Shown in pieces: positions 39,961-52,000 of a stretch of DNA of 64,000 nt. Both the position numbers and the translations under genes were made by a program. Source of the DNA: Malacoraja senta (Eukaryota); the NCBI GenBank assembly GCA_038087875.1, contig CM075999.1:1676001-1740000 (forward strand), read 5' to 3'. Each line of letters begins with the position of its first letter. Position 1 is the first letter of the stretch. The notes under the pieces were generated by a model, which was not told where the DNA came from, searched no databases, and saw nothing but the letters and a program-made list of their open reading frames with translations.

Positions 39961-40859
39961 AATCGCTCCTTAGTTTCTAGAGTTCTGAAAGTTGACCGAC
40001 TCTCTGACTTTCTTATTGAAGTGAACTTGTCGCGGCGGCGTCCTGGGAGAATATTCTAATAGCTGAACGATTCCAAACATCGTTTAAATTCATCAAGAGT
40101 TGAATCAAGCATTTTTTTTTAATGACATCGCCCCTTTTTCGGGGGTTAAATTGACAAAACGAAAGGTCTCGTTAATCTGCGAGAATCAAGTTTTCCAATT
40201 TAGTTCGAATTATGGGAAAACAAAGTGCTGGGGGAACTCAGCGGGTCAGGCAGCATCTGTGGAGGAAACAGACAGGCGACGTTTGGATTCATGACTCTTC
40301 CTGAGTCTCCAGCCTGAACAGACAAAACAGCGTCTGTCCATTCCCTCCACAGATGCTGCCTGACCCGCTGAGTTTCTCCAGCACTTTGTGTTTAGCTCAA
40401 GATCCCAGCATGTGCAGTTCCTAGTATCTCAAGTATGCCCCGTTTAATATCACTTAATATCACACATTTCCATTTGCATTAATCAGGTTTCTCGACAATA
40501 TATAAGCAAACGGCGAAAATAGATTTGTTTCCCCCCCCCCCGAGAAGTGGAATATGCTGAACGATGTTGATATTTAAGATGCTGCTGGAGTAACTCAGCG
40601 GGTCAGGCAGCATCTCCGGAGAGAAGGAATAGGTGACGTTCCGGGTCGAGACCCTTCTTCAGACTTCAGAAATAATAATATTTATCCGTATCCAGTGTTC
40701 CCACCGGGTCTGACATTTCTAATACCAAATCTTGTACTTCGAGCAACACAAAGCAGCATATAACAAACACTAAAACAGCAATATCAACAAATCGTCTGCA
40801 TGCTTTCTCCCGAAGTAAATGCAACCATGCACGAGTCGTTTTTGTTCATAAATGCTTAC

Positions 40860-40920
40860 CATTTTCCATTAACATGAGAACAATTGTCACAGTGAATAAT
40901 CCACACAGTTTGCAGCCCAT
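40860..40920 (-). CDS. Probable first coding exon of an unidentified secreted or membrane protein; encodes signal peptide MGCKLCGLFTVTIVLMLMEN(G), ending in phase 1
   Basis: Strong Kozak context (aaaagATGG). It is the first ATG after a TATA box. A basic residue is followed by a hydrophobic core. Canonical donor ATG|GTAAGC at 40859. Lies in non-repeat sequence. Confidence 0.7.
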
Positions 40921-40976
40921 CTTTTGTTTTGCTCTGTGCGAGACGGCGATGCAAAGTCCTGCGCTGTAAAATATTG

Positions 40977-40978
<2 letters not shown>

Positions 40979-41018
<40 letters not shown>

Positions 41019-41019
41019 G
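40979..41019. repeat. (GACA)n microsatellite in the putative 5'UTR
   Basis: About 10 tandem CTGT units. Confidence 0.95.
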
Positions 41020-41063
41020 CCCGAACACCTGATCGCTCTGTGATCTTGCACTTGGCGCTGTGT

Positions 41064-41103
41064 GTCTGACTCTCCTGCTCCGTCCCCCGAGTTTATATAT
41101 TGG
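41064..41103 (-). promoter_or_regulatory. TATA-box core promoter with Inr-like element
   Basis: Minus strand reads CCAATATATAAAC (TATATAAA 41099-41092). TCAGAC Inr-like motif has its A at 41067, about 30 nt downstream. An ATG-free ~150-nt leader runs to the ATG at 40920. Confidence 0.65.
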
Positions 41104-41379
41104 TGCAGAGAGGGCAACACCTACCCGCAAGCGGGGACCCGGGATTTGGCAAGTGTTCAGTTAAACACTCCCTCGCACCAAACTCGCATTCCAGGTTGTC
41201 ACCCATACATGAAATGCGAGATATCGTACCATTTGCGTGGCATGAGTTAATCACTGCAAAACCAATAACAATGCCATTTTTGGTTAATGGTGAGATGGTA
41301 GGAAGTAAAACGGAGTCATTTACTACATTCAACCCCCCTCCCCCCCCCCCCCCCCCCCCAACACAACCGAGCATATTAG

Positions 41380-41575
41380 CCGAAGATAGACACAAAATGC
41401 TGGAGTAACTCAGCGGGACAGGCAGCATCTCTGCAGAGAAGGAATGGGTGATGTTTCGGGTCGAGAAAGACCGTTCTTCAGATCCGGAACGTCACCCATT
41501 CCTTCTCTCCAGGGATGCTGCCTGTCTCGCAGAGTTACTCCAGCATTTTGTGTCTATCTTCGGTTTAAACCAACC
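41380..41575. mobile_element. Fold-back Penelope-type repeat
   Basis: CCGAAGATAGACACAAAATGCTGGAG ... CTCCAGCATTTTGTGTCTATCTTCGG. Confidence 0.8.
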
Positions 41576-42080
41576 GTCCTACACGGAGCATATTAGCCGT
41601 TGTTTGAAGCAATCATTAAACAAAACATGTTTGCTCTGTACATTTAAAAGCTTCATATCAGGGTCGATTTTATCGCTGATTTATTTCAAATAATTGCATC
41701 AGTAAAACTTTACATTTGGTCAAATGTTACCTACCATAAACTTTCCAGGCATTCTCGCTCCACAGATGCTGCCTGACTTGAGCGCTTTTTTTTGTGGCAT
41801 TTTCTTATTTTATTTCATATTCCCAGCATCTGCAGTGCTTCACCTTTGTAAAACGTTAAAACAATATTTATGAGTTAATTCTGTAGGAAGGAACTGCAGA
41901 TGCTGGTTTAAACAGAAGATAGACACGAAAAGCTGGAGTATCTCAACGGGTCAGGCAGCTTCTCTGGAGGTTTAGACCCTACTTCAGACGAACAGTCAGG
42001 GGAGAGGGAAACGAGATTTATAGACGGTGATGTAGAGAGATATAGAATAAATTAATGAAAGATATGCAAAAAAGTAACAG

Positions 42081-42272
42081 CTAGACAAAAATGCTGGAGA
42101 AACTCAGCGGGTGAGGCAGCATCTATGGAGCGAAGGAATAGGCGACGTTTCGGGTCGAGACCCTTCTTCAGACCCCTATTCATTCGCTCCATAGATTCTG
42201 CCTCACCTGCTGAGTTTCTCCAGCATTTTTGTCTACCTTCGATTTTTCCAGCATCAGCAGTTCTTTCTTAAA
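42081..42272. mobile_element. Fold-back Penelope pseudo-LTR insertion
   Basis: TSD CAAAAAAGTAACAG at 42067-42080 and 42273-42286. Confidence 0.9.
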
Positions 42273-42294
42273 CAAAAAAGTAACAGTTCAGTTG

Positions 42295-43220
42295 AGTTGA
42301 GTTTATTGCCACGTGTTACACCGAGGTACAGTGACAAGCTTTTGTTGCGCGCTAATCAGTCAGCAAACAGACCATACATGATTACAATCGAAGGTAGACA
42401 AAAGTGCTGGAGAAACTCAGCGGGTGCAGCAGCATCTATGGAGCGAAGGAAATAGGCAACGTTTCGGGCAGAAGACTGATCAGTCTGAAGAAGGGTTTCG
42501 GCCCGAAACGTTGCCTATTTCCTTCGCTCCATAGATGCTGCTGCACCCACTGAGTTTCTCCAGCACTTTTGTCTACCTTCGATTTTCCAGCATCTGCAGT
42601 TCCTTCTTAAACACATGATTACAATCGATCCATTTACTGTGTATAGATACATGATAAGGGAATAACGTTTAGTGCAAGGTAAAACCAGCAAAGTCCAATC
42701 AAGGTACACAAAAATGCTGGAGAAACTCAGCGGGTGCAGCAGCATCTATGGAGCGAAGGAAGTAGGTAACGTTTCGGGCCGAAACCCTTCTTCAAACCCT
42801 TCTTCAAACCCTCTCTCCAAAGTCCAATCAAGGTTAGTCTGGGGATAACTCTTTGATTTGGCTGCATTTGGAGTATTGTGTGCAGCTCTGGATGTCCCAT
42901 TACAAATAGGATTTGGAGTGGGTACAGAAGCGGTTTATCAAAGGGGTAGATAGTAGTTCAGCAATACTCTCTGGTTGTGGTAGGATGATTCAGTTGCCTG
43001 ATAACAGCTGGGAAGAAACTGTTCCCGAATCTGGAGGTGTGTGTTTTCTATACCTGTTGTCTGACGGGAGAGGGGAGAAGAGGGAGTGGCCAGGGAGCGA
43101 CTTGTCCTTGATTATGCTGCTGGCCTTGCCCAGGCAGCGTGAGATATAAATGGAGTCAATAGAAGGGAGGTTCGTTTGTGTGATGGTCTTGTCTGCGTCC
43201 ACAATTCGCCGCAATTTCCG
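42295..43220 (-). mobile_element. Rex1-type 3' fragment carrying nested Penelope-repeat insertions
   Basis: RRIVDADKTITQTNLPSIDSIY...LPSDNRYR, plus 3'UTR similar to 45760-45985. Confidence 0.75.
42392..42612. mobile_element. Fold-back Penelope pseudo-LTR insertion with hammerhead motif
   Basis: Inverted plus direct pLTR arms; TSD ACATGATTACAATCGA at 42376-42391 and 42613-42628. Confidence 0.9.
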
Positions 43221-43739
43221 ATGAATTTTTCACCTATCGTCACCTATTCCTATTTTCTCCAGAGATGTTGCCTGACCCGCTGAGTTACTCTAGCTTTTAT
43301 GTGTCCATCTTTATGAGTTCATTTATGTTGATCATTTAAATCATAGTGTTACATTTTTCTACGGAAAGGCTGAATGTCTGGAATGTTTTTGCATTGAAAA
43401 AGTCCAACCGGGCTGTATGCAGAAAAATGAATATGGTCAAGGGAAGAGGATTTCATATCTACGGTTAATGTTATTGAACTTCTCTTCTGCCTGCATGTGA
43501 TCGATATCCCTCCATTTCTGTACATCCATGTGCTGATGAAAAAGCCTCTGTGAATGCCACTATCAAATCGGCCTCACCTTCACCACTCCTAGCACTGAGT
43601 TCCAGGCTCCCACTTCTCTTAGGGAGGGTTGTGAATCTCTGAAATATTTTGCTCTCAAGAGTGGTCATGAGAAATATTTGTCGTAGAGATGGATAAATGT
43701 TTGAAAGATTGAGGAACTGAGGGTTACAGGGAACTAGGT

Positions 43740-44330
43740 TTCAAGTTTATTATCGTCAAATGTACCATGTACAGTGAAAAGCTTTGTTTAGCATGCTATC
43801 GAAACAGATCCAATATACCACACATAGATACAATCAGGTCAAACTCAATTATAATAGGTACAACAAAGGGGAAGACACAGAGTGCAGAATATAGTTCTCT
43901 GCATTGTAGCGCATCAGTTCCTTAGACAAAGTCAAATATTCGCAATGGGGTACAGATGAATCAAACAGTCCCCATGGTTATGGAAAGACCATTCAGAAGC
44001 CCGATAACAGAGGGAAGGAAGCAGCTCCTGAGTCGGGTGGTGTGTGCTTTCAAGCTTCTGTACCTGCTGCCAGATGGTAGCAGTGAGAAGGAAGGAAAGA
44101 CTGCAGTGGGCCAACTCTTTTGTTATGTTGGGTGCTTTTTTGAGGCAGCATGAAGTGTAGATGGAGTCAATGATGGGAAGACTGCGTGATGGACTGGGCT
44201 ACATCTACAATATGCAATTTCTTGCAGACTTGGGCAGAGCTGGTCCCAAACCAAGCTGTGATGCATCCAGAGAAGTTGGTAAGAGCCATTGGAGACATGC
44301 CAAATGTCCTCAGTCTTCTCACGAAGTAGA
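43740..44330 (-). mobile_element. Rex1-type 3' fragment
   Basis: Degenerate Rex1 C-terminus and 3'UTR matching 10805-10865 / 12986-13090. Confidence 0.7.
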
Positions 44331-44624
44331 GTGCCTTCTTGTCTGTTGCATTAATGGCACTGGAGGAGAGTTTGATTCCTGGGGTGGATCAGCCAATGAT
44401 CATATTGAATGGTGGGCCAGGCATGGAGGGACCTGGTGTCCCCCTCCTGCTCCTACTTTCTCGTGCTCCTGTGTACCTTTCCCTGTTTACTAGCAATTAA
44501 GATATGTGATGCAAGTCAAAGTGACCATAAAGTTTTATTACTAATTGGTTCAGCAATATTCTTGAAGGTGGAAAATAGAGTGTTCTTATCTGGTCGGTGT
44601 GTAACATCCCATACCAATGTGTTT

Positions 44625-44922
44625 ACTTTAGTTACTTTACTTTAGGGATACAGTGTGGAAACAGGCCCTTCAGCCCACCAAGTCCCTGCCGACCAGCAAT
44701 CCCTGCACACTATTACATTCCTACACACTAGGGACAATTTACAATTTACCGAAGCCAATTAACTTGCAATCCTGTACGTGGGAGTAAACCGGAGCACCCG
44801 GAGAAAACCCACACGGTTCCAGGGAGAATGCACAAACATCATACAGACAGCACCGGTAGTCAGGATTGAACCTGGGTCTCTGATGCTGTAAGACAACAAC
44901 TCTACAGCTGCTCCACTGCGCC
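44625..44922 (-). mobile_element. V-SINE (HE1-like)
   Basis: Same structure. Confidence 0.88.
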
Positions 44923-46532
44923 TCCCTCTATTCTCTGAAGTGGTCCAGAAAACCATTTAATTGTATCAAGCTAGACAAAAATGCTGGAGAAACTCAGTGG
45001 GTGAGGCAGCATCTATGGAGCGAAGGAATAGGTCAAGTTTCGGGTCGAGACCCTTCTTCATTGTATCAAGCTACGATGATTCATAAATAATAACCAGCAG
45101 TCCTTTGCTGGGATAACTGCTGATGGCACAATCAGGCAGCTGCAATATGTATGTCAGCACCTTCGGCTTTGCAAGTCTGCATGGTGCATCAGTGATGCAT
45201 GCAATGCACAGGAGGTTAAGGGTGACGCATTCAGCACCAGTTTAACTTAATGCATTTCAACTACTCCAGTCACTGGAGATATTTGGAAAAAGTGGAAAAT
45301 GCTTTTCCTAGTAGGAAGTGGTCAAAAGGCCACCAAGGTGGTCTAGTAAGTATGGCTTTAGAATCCTCTGTCAGAGAACAGCTGAAAAGGAATAGGTGAT
45401 GTTGTGGGTCGAGACCCTTCCTCAGACTGAGAATCAGGGGAGATGGAAACTAGAGGTATGAAACGGTACGGGAATATAGGCACCAGCTGCTGCGACTGTG
45501 TGAAATAAACTGGAACCGCCTGTTCCTGTCAGGCTTGGGACATGTCACCTGGCTTTGATTCTCATTGAACAAAGAGGAAACAAAACAAACTTTCTAAATT
45601 CAGTCAAGATGAGTTAGCAAATAAGAATTGTGAATACGTTAGTTTTCCAATTTAGGAGGCACCTGCAAAGTCCAAGAAGACCCCCCTGATCACTGGACAG
45701 TCTTCATTGAGGCAACTGAACTGACTCTTCATCAGTCAACTGAACCATCCTACCAACAACTAGAGAGCAGTCCTGAACTATCCACCTTATTGGAGACCCT
45801 CGGACTATCTTTGATCAGACTTTACTGGCTTTATCTTGCACTAAATGTTCTTCATGTTATTCCCTTCATCATGTATCTATACACTGTAAATGGCTCGTTG
45901 TAATCATGTATTGTCTTTCCGCTGGCTGGTTAGCACGCAACAAAAGCTTTTCACTGCACCTCGGTGCACGTGGCAATAAACTAGACTCAAAAGCTCAAAA
46001 ACTATAAAGTTCAGTGGAGTGAACGCAATCGGTAATGATCCAGTGTGTCTTAAAGGCGCAAATGCCAAAACAAGAAGTCTGAAGAAGGGTTCTGACCCAA
46101 AACGTTACCTATTCCTTTTCTCCAGAGATGCTGCCTGACCCGTTGAGTTACTCCAGCATTTTGTGTCTATCTTCGGTATAAACCAGCATCTGCAGTTCCT
46201 TCCTACACATAGAGGTTCTACTGTTGGTGGGATGTGAATATCACTCAGCAGGCGTCATGTTTCACTTGTGAAAGTGGAAGAGAAGCAAAATGTGTGCTGC
46301 CAGGTTATATTCAGTGTGGGTGGAAGGGGAACTATTCCTGTTGATGATGCTGGGTATTCCCCTTGGAGTAAGTTACTGGAATACTGGAATCAGATTTACA
46401 GGAAAGTGATCTGATCAGAAGTATTTTCCAAAATTCCCAAAATCATCTTTGGAATCTGCTTGAGAATGATACCCCTTGGATGCCAATTAAAGAGAGGAAG
46501 AGCATCATCTATCTATCTATCTATCTATATTT

Positions 46533-46564
<32 letters not shown>

Positions 46565-46946
46565 TTCTGCCTGTCTTGTGGGTGCCAACCTTCCTTTGAT
46601 TCGTTGCTACGCCAACACCACACGCAGAAACCCCGAGATTTTTTCCATTTCGGTAGAGATTTCACTTTTCATTCCAAGTATCCACTCCTGATTTCAATCT
46701 CCTTTCCTCTTCTCTTTTGTTTCTTTTTTCTTTCTTTCTTCTCTTCTTTTTTTTCTCCCCATTTTTTTTCTAGGGCTATTTTGCTATCTCACGCAACACT
46801 TCATCTCAATCTTTCCTTTTGTAATCTTTCATTTCTTATTTTTGTTTATTATTAAATTAAAAATAAGAAGTTGTATATGAAATGTAATATGTCAATAAGT
46901 ATTAGGTACTTTGGTACCACATTATTGTACTTACTTCTAAAAAAAA

Positions 46947-46977
<31 letters not shown>

Positions 46978-47207
46978 CAACTTTAGGGCAGAGTAATTTG
47001 TTATGAATACACCTTTCATTGGAGTTGGGGATATTAATCTGGCATTACCTTTGAACAAACTGTGCGTTTCCAGCTTTTGCACCACCTCTTCCCATTCATT
47101 TATCGAGTTGATGATTTGAGTCACACTTCTTTCCACCTCAGTCACATGAAGGAAAGAACCAAGGTCAGAAATTTATCCTCAGTTGCCAGAACCGAATGCA
47201 GGCCAGA

Positions 47208-47505
47208 GGGCGGCACGGCAGTGGAGTTGCAGCCTTACAGCACCAGAGACCAAGGTTTGATCCTGACTACAGCTGTTGTCTGCATGGAGTTTGTACGTTC
47301 TCTCCGTGACCGCATGGGTTTCCCCTGGATGCTCCGATTTCCTCCCGCACTTCAAAGACGTACAGCTTTGTAGGTTAATTGGCTACGGTAAAGATTAGAA
47401 ATTGTCCCTAGTGTGTGGGATAGTATTAGTGTACGGGGATTGATGGTCGGTGCGGTCTCGGTGGGCTGAAGGGCCTGTTTCTCTAAACTAAATTCCTAAA
47501 CTGAA
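47208..47505 (+). mobile_element. V-SINE (HE1-like)
   Basis: Same structure. Confidence 0.88.
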
Positions 47506-47524
47506 CTATACCTCATCAGACATC

Positions 47525-47810
47525 ACAACTTGGTTTGGCAACTGCTCTGCCCAAGACCACAAGAAATTACAGAGAGTTATGCATGCAGCCCGACCCATCA
47601 CACATACCAGCCTCCCCACCATCGACTCCAACTACACTTCATGCTGCCTCAGGAAAGCAGGCAACATAATCAAGGACCACTTACACCCCAGGCATTGTCT
47701 CTTCTCTTTCCTCCCAGGCAGCAGTAGATAGAAAAGCTTGAAAGCACCTACCCCTAGAATCAGGAGCAACCCTTTCCCCACTGTTATATAAGACTACTGA
47801 ACATACGGTC
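47525..47810 (+). mobile_element. Rex1-type fragment
   Basis: WFGNCSAQDHKKLQRV...IIKDHLHPRH. Confidence 0.75.
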
Positions 47811-48168
47811 ACATATGAACAAGGGCGGCACGGTGGTGCAGCAGCGGTAGAGTTGCTGCCTTATAGCGCTCGCATCGTCTGAGACCTGGGTTCGATCCTG
47901 ACTACGGGTGCTGTCCGTACAGAGTTTGTACATTTCCCGCGTGACCCTGTGGGTTTTCTCCGAGTGCCTTCAGGGCACTCTTATATAATTAGCGCCTCAC
48001 TCTTATATAATTATAATTATATAATTAACGCATTCTTGTACAAAAGTTGATAAATGCTGTCTTGACAAGATTTTCAAAGCGTTTGTGTCACCTAAATTTC
48101 ATCACTTGGGGATCAATGCAGAAAATGTAGGAACCATTTTTTCTCGGGCATTAATCGAAGGCATGTCT

Positions 48169-49071
48169 GTATTGTATTGTATTGTATATCTTTATTGTCA
48201 CTTCCTGAGTATTCACATACCCAGAGGAAACAAAAAAACGTTCCTCAACCAGTGTCCATTTCAGTGTGCAGTAAAAAATAAATAGAAGTAAAAATACATA
48301 TATCATGAACAAATTAACACTCTACTCTCTACTAAACATCAACAGGCGTTCCGATCGGCAGCGGCACGACAGTGGCTCTGCTGCAGTGTGTCCAGGTTGG
48401 TGGTTGGTGCACGATACTTTGGCAGGGGGCAAAGTCCGTTTATCAGTCTTATAACCTGCGGGAAGAAGCTGAGGAGCATCCTGCTGGTTTTGCACCTAAT
48501 GCTCCTGTACCTCTTCCCAGATGGCAGGATGGAGAATATGTGGTGCGATGGGTGGTAGGGGTCTTTGATGATGGAGATGGCTCTGCTGATACATCTCTTC
48601 CTGTATATGTCCAGCAGGAAAGGGAGTGGAGCACCAATAATCCTGCTGGCGGTCTTCACAATCCTGTCTAGTTGGTGCCGTTCGTACGCCTTGCAGCTCC
48701 CGAACCAGGAAGTGATGCCGTAGGTTAATGTGCTCTCGATTGTCCCCCTATAAAAAGTTCGTAGGTGTGTAGTGGGGAGACATGCTTTACGTAGTCTTCG
48801 GAGAGGGTGTCGTCGCTGCTGGGCTCTCTTGACCAGTGCTGTGGTGTTGGTCGTGGACGTCAGGTCATCTGACAGGTGGAGTCCTAGGAACTTCACGCTG
48901 TTGACCCTTTCCACATCAGCTCCATCGATGTGCAGAGGTGTATGGTGTTGTTTTCCCGCCCTCCTAAAGTCAACCACCATCTCCTTAGTCTTTCCCACGT
49001 TGAGAATGAGGTTGTGGGATTTGCACCATCCTGTGAGCAGCTCCACCTCCATCCTGTACGCCGACTCATCA
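48169..49071 (-). mobile_element. Rex1/Babar-type LINE, 5'-truncated, C-terminal ORF intact
   Basis: LNVGKTKEMVVDFRR, VKFLGLHLSDDL, FYRGTIESTLTYGITSWFG, LPSGKRYRSI; (ATACA)n tail. Confidence 0.9.
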
Positions 49072-52000
49072 TAGGTATAACCTCCACACTCCAACAACAC
49101 ACAGGTTTGTAGGTTAATTGGCTTGGTATAAATCCCTGGTGTGTGTAGGATTGCGTTAAAATGCAGGGATCGCTGGTTGGTGCAGACTCGGTGGGGCGAA
49201 GGGCCTGTTTCCACGCTGTATCTCTAAACTAAACCTCTCATAAGCTTAGGTTAGTACTTTCATGCAACCTTCCTCATTGTGGTCCTTGCATTTTTCTCTG
49301 TAGCTGCAATACTCTATTCTGCATGCTGGTAATTTTTCTCTTTTCATTACCTGTTGTATGTGTGTATAATTTAACGTACTCATATATGGAATGATTTTTC
49401 TGGAGAGCATGCAATGTTTTTCACTGTGCCTCAGTACACGTGCAATAAGAAACCAATCGGATATAGACACACCGGACTTACGCAATAGGTGACATATGTA
49501 AACTCGCACTCACGAGTTCCATACTCAGTCCCTAGTGCAATCAAGGCTCTTTGTAATTTCCACAACACTGTACGATCATAGAGTCATAGAGTGATACAGT
49601 GTGGAAACATGCCCTTCTGCCCAACTTGTGTCCCAGCTACTCTAGTCCCACCTGCCCGCGTTTGGTCCTTATCCCTCCAAACCAGTTCGATCCATGTACC
49701 TGTCTAACTGTTTCTTAAATGTTGGGATAGTCCCTGCCTCGACTACTGGCAGTTGTTCCATACACCAACCACCCTTTGTGTGAGAAAGTTACCCCTCAGA
49801 TTCCTCTTTCCTCAAGTTCACATTGGAAAGTGGCGGCGATACTTACCCAGGAGGCCGCAGAAAGCGCCCTGGACATAGCAGGAAACAGCTGAGAGAGTTA
49901 ATACTCTCGCCGTGTGCAGGAAGGAACTGCAGATGCTGGTTTAAACTGAAGATAGACACAAAAAGCTGGAGCAACTCAGCGGGACAGGCAGCATCTCTGG
50001 AGAGAAGGAATGGGTGACCTTCTTCAGTGGTCAAGTGAATGCCTTCTCTCCAGAGATGCTGCCTGTCCTGCTGAGTTACAGTGTCTCTCCTTGATCATCG
50101 GTGCGGGCTTAGATTTGGGGTTTTTTCATACCTTTCATTCATTTGTTGTTTGTGCCTTTTCGTACCTCCAGTTTCCCTCTGTACTGACTCTGTCTGAAGA
50201 AGGGTCACAACCCGAAACGTCACCTCTTCCTTTCCTCTAGAGATGCTGCCTGAGTTGCTGAATTACTCCAGCATTTTGTGTCTCTCTTTATGCCAAGTTA
50301 AACTGATCTCATCTGCTTGCCCTTCTTCAGACTGAGTAGCGAGGTACGAAAAATCATCTGATCCATCCATATCCCTCTATACTTGCCATGTGCCTACCTG
50401 AAAGCCTCTTAAACACCTCTATTCTTCCCCCTATGTTTCCACGAGCTTTAACTCGAGTACTCGATGCAGGCAAGTCGGACCGTAGGGCCTGTTTCCACGC
50501 TGTCTAAATCTGTAGCTCTAACTCAAATATACTGGACAAATGATATCAGTGTCTAAAACCAAGGCCTTCTTCCCCTCCTTTGACTGCCTCCTTTGACTGA
50601 TCTTGTCTGAAGAAGGGTCTTGACCCAAAACCTATTCCTTCGCTCCATAGATGCTGCCTCACCTGCTGAGTTTCTCCAGCATTTTTGTTTACCTTCGATT
50701 TTTCCAGCATCTGCAGTTCTTTCTTAAACTAATCAATAGATCCCTTTGCTCTTTCAAACACGGAGGGGGTAATGCCACTAAAGGTGGGTGTTTTGACAAG
50801 GAGCTAATCATAAAATTGATTTTGTGAATCTGGAATTGGTGTAGAAGATAGAAATGCAAATGTTTTTATTTAGTAAAGCATTGAGATCAATACACGATAA
50901 AATGCCCTCATTTCATAATGCCCCCACCCTTTCTGATTCTTAAAGCCAACTTGCTTTCTCTTTCCCAGTTCTGACGAGGAGTCTCAGACCCGAAACATCA
51001 AACCTGTTTCTCTTTCCACATGTTGACTGGCTTGAACATTTCAAGCAGTTTGTTTTGACCATTCCAGCCTTACCTTTCTTCACCTCTTGGATATTATTGA
51101 AAACATTGCTTTATTCTATCCTTCATTAACACAAATCAATAGCAACATTGCTTTCTGACACTGCCATCTTCTGATTTCACAATGACATGCCTTCCAACAG
51201 TTTACCCCACAGTTTCTGTTTTTGATTCCAAGGCATCATTCTTGGTCTCTTCTCTTCACCGACCCGAGTTCCATATTTATTCTGAACAGGCCACATCTCA
51301 CATTGCCGCCTCTACCATTGTTTCCAGCTTTTTGCTCAACTGTCCAAACTTATCCGACGTGAAACCTCAGATGGTTCAAGATTTCAACCCTCTCAATGGA
51401 GCCAAGACTGGAGTCATATCTTCATCTTCGGGCATTGCTTGCATGTTGTCAAGGGGTCATTTGTAATGTCCTAATGAAGAGTTAATGTAGATTGGCAATA
51501 GAACCAGCAGCTACATTTTAACACAACTAGTAATAATTACCCTGGACTAGACTTTGGACTTTGGAAGGAGTTTTCTTGCCACAGATCTTCCTAGGCAAAA
51601 TAACATTAATGATTAATCATGTTTGACATTGATCACTTCAATTACAATATAATTAACTTGAGTTGTTACATAACGAGCTTCATAAAATGGGTTAATGTTC
51701 CACTGCATTTCTTTTGGAGTCAGCAAACATTATCCAACAAAAGTGCCTTCAGGGCACTCTTATATAATTATAATTATATAATTAACGCATTCTTGTGCAA
51801 AAGGTGATAAATGCTGTCAGATATGTTGCATCAATCTTGACAAGATTTTCAAAGCGTTTGTGTCACCTAAATTTCATCACTTGGGGATCTATGCAGAAAA
51901 ATGTAGGAAACATTTTTTCTCGGGCATTAATCGACAGCATGTCTATAGGTATAACCTCGTACTTGCTTCATTAAAGCAAGACCAGGAAGACTCTCAAGAT

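Noticed and set aside
39706..40059. ORFs spanning the N run
   Set aside because: Artefacts of translating through the gap.
47049..47139. Protein-like frame VERSVTQIINSINEWEEVVQKLE with a good donor
   Set aside because: Only a GAG acceptor is available, there is an upstream stop, and no recognisable homology.
49837..49852. U1 snRNA-like start ATACTTACC
   Set aside because: The match stops after 9 nt; no U1 body follows.
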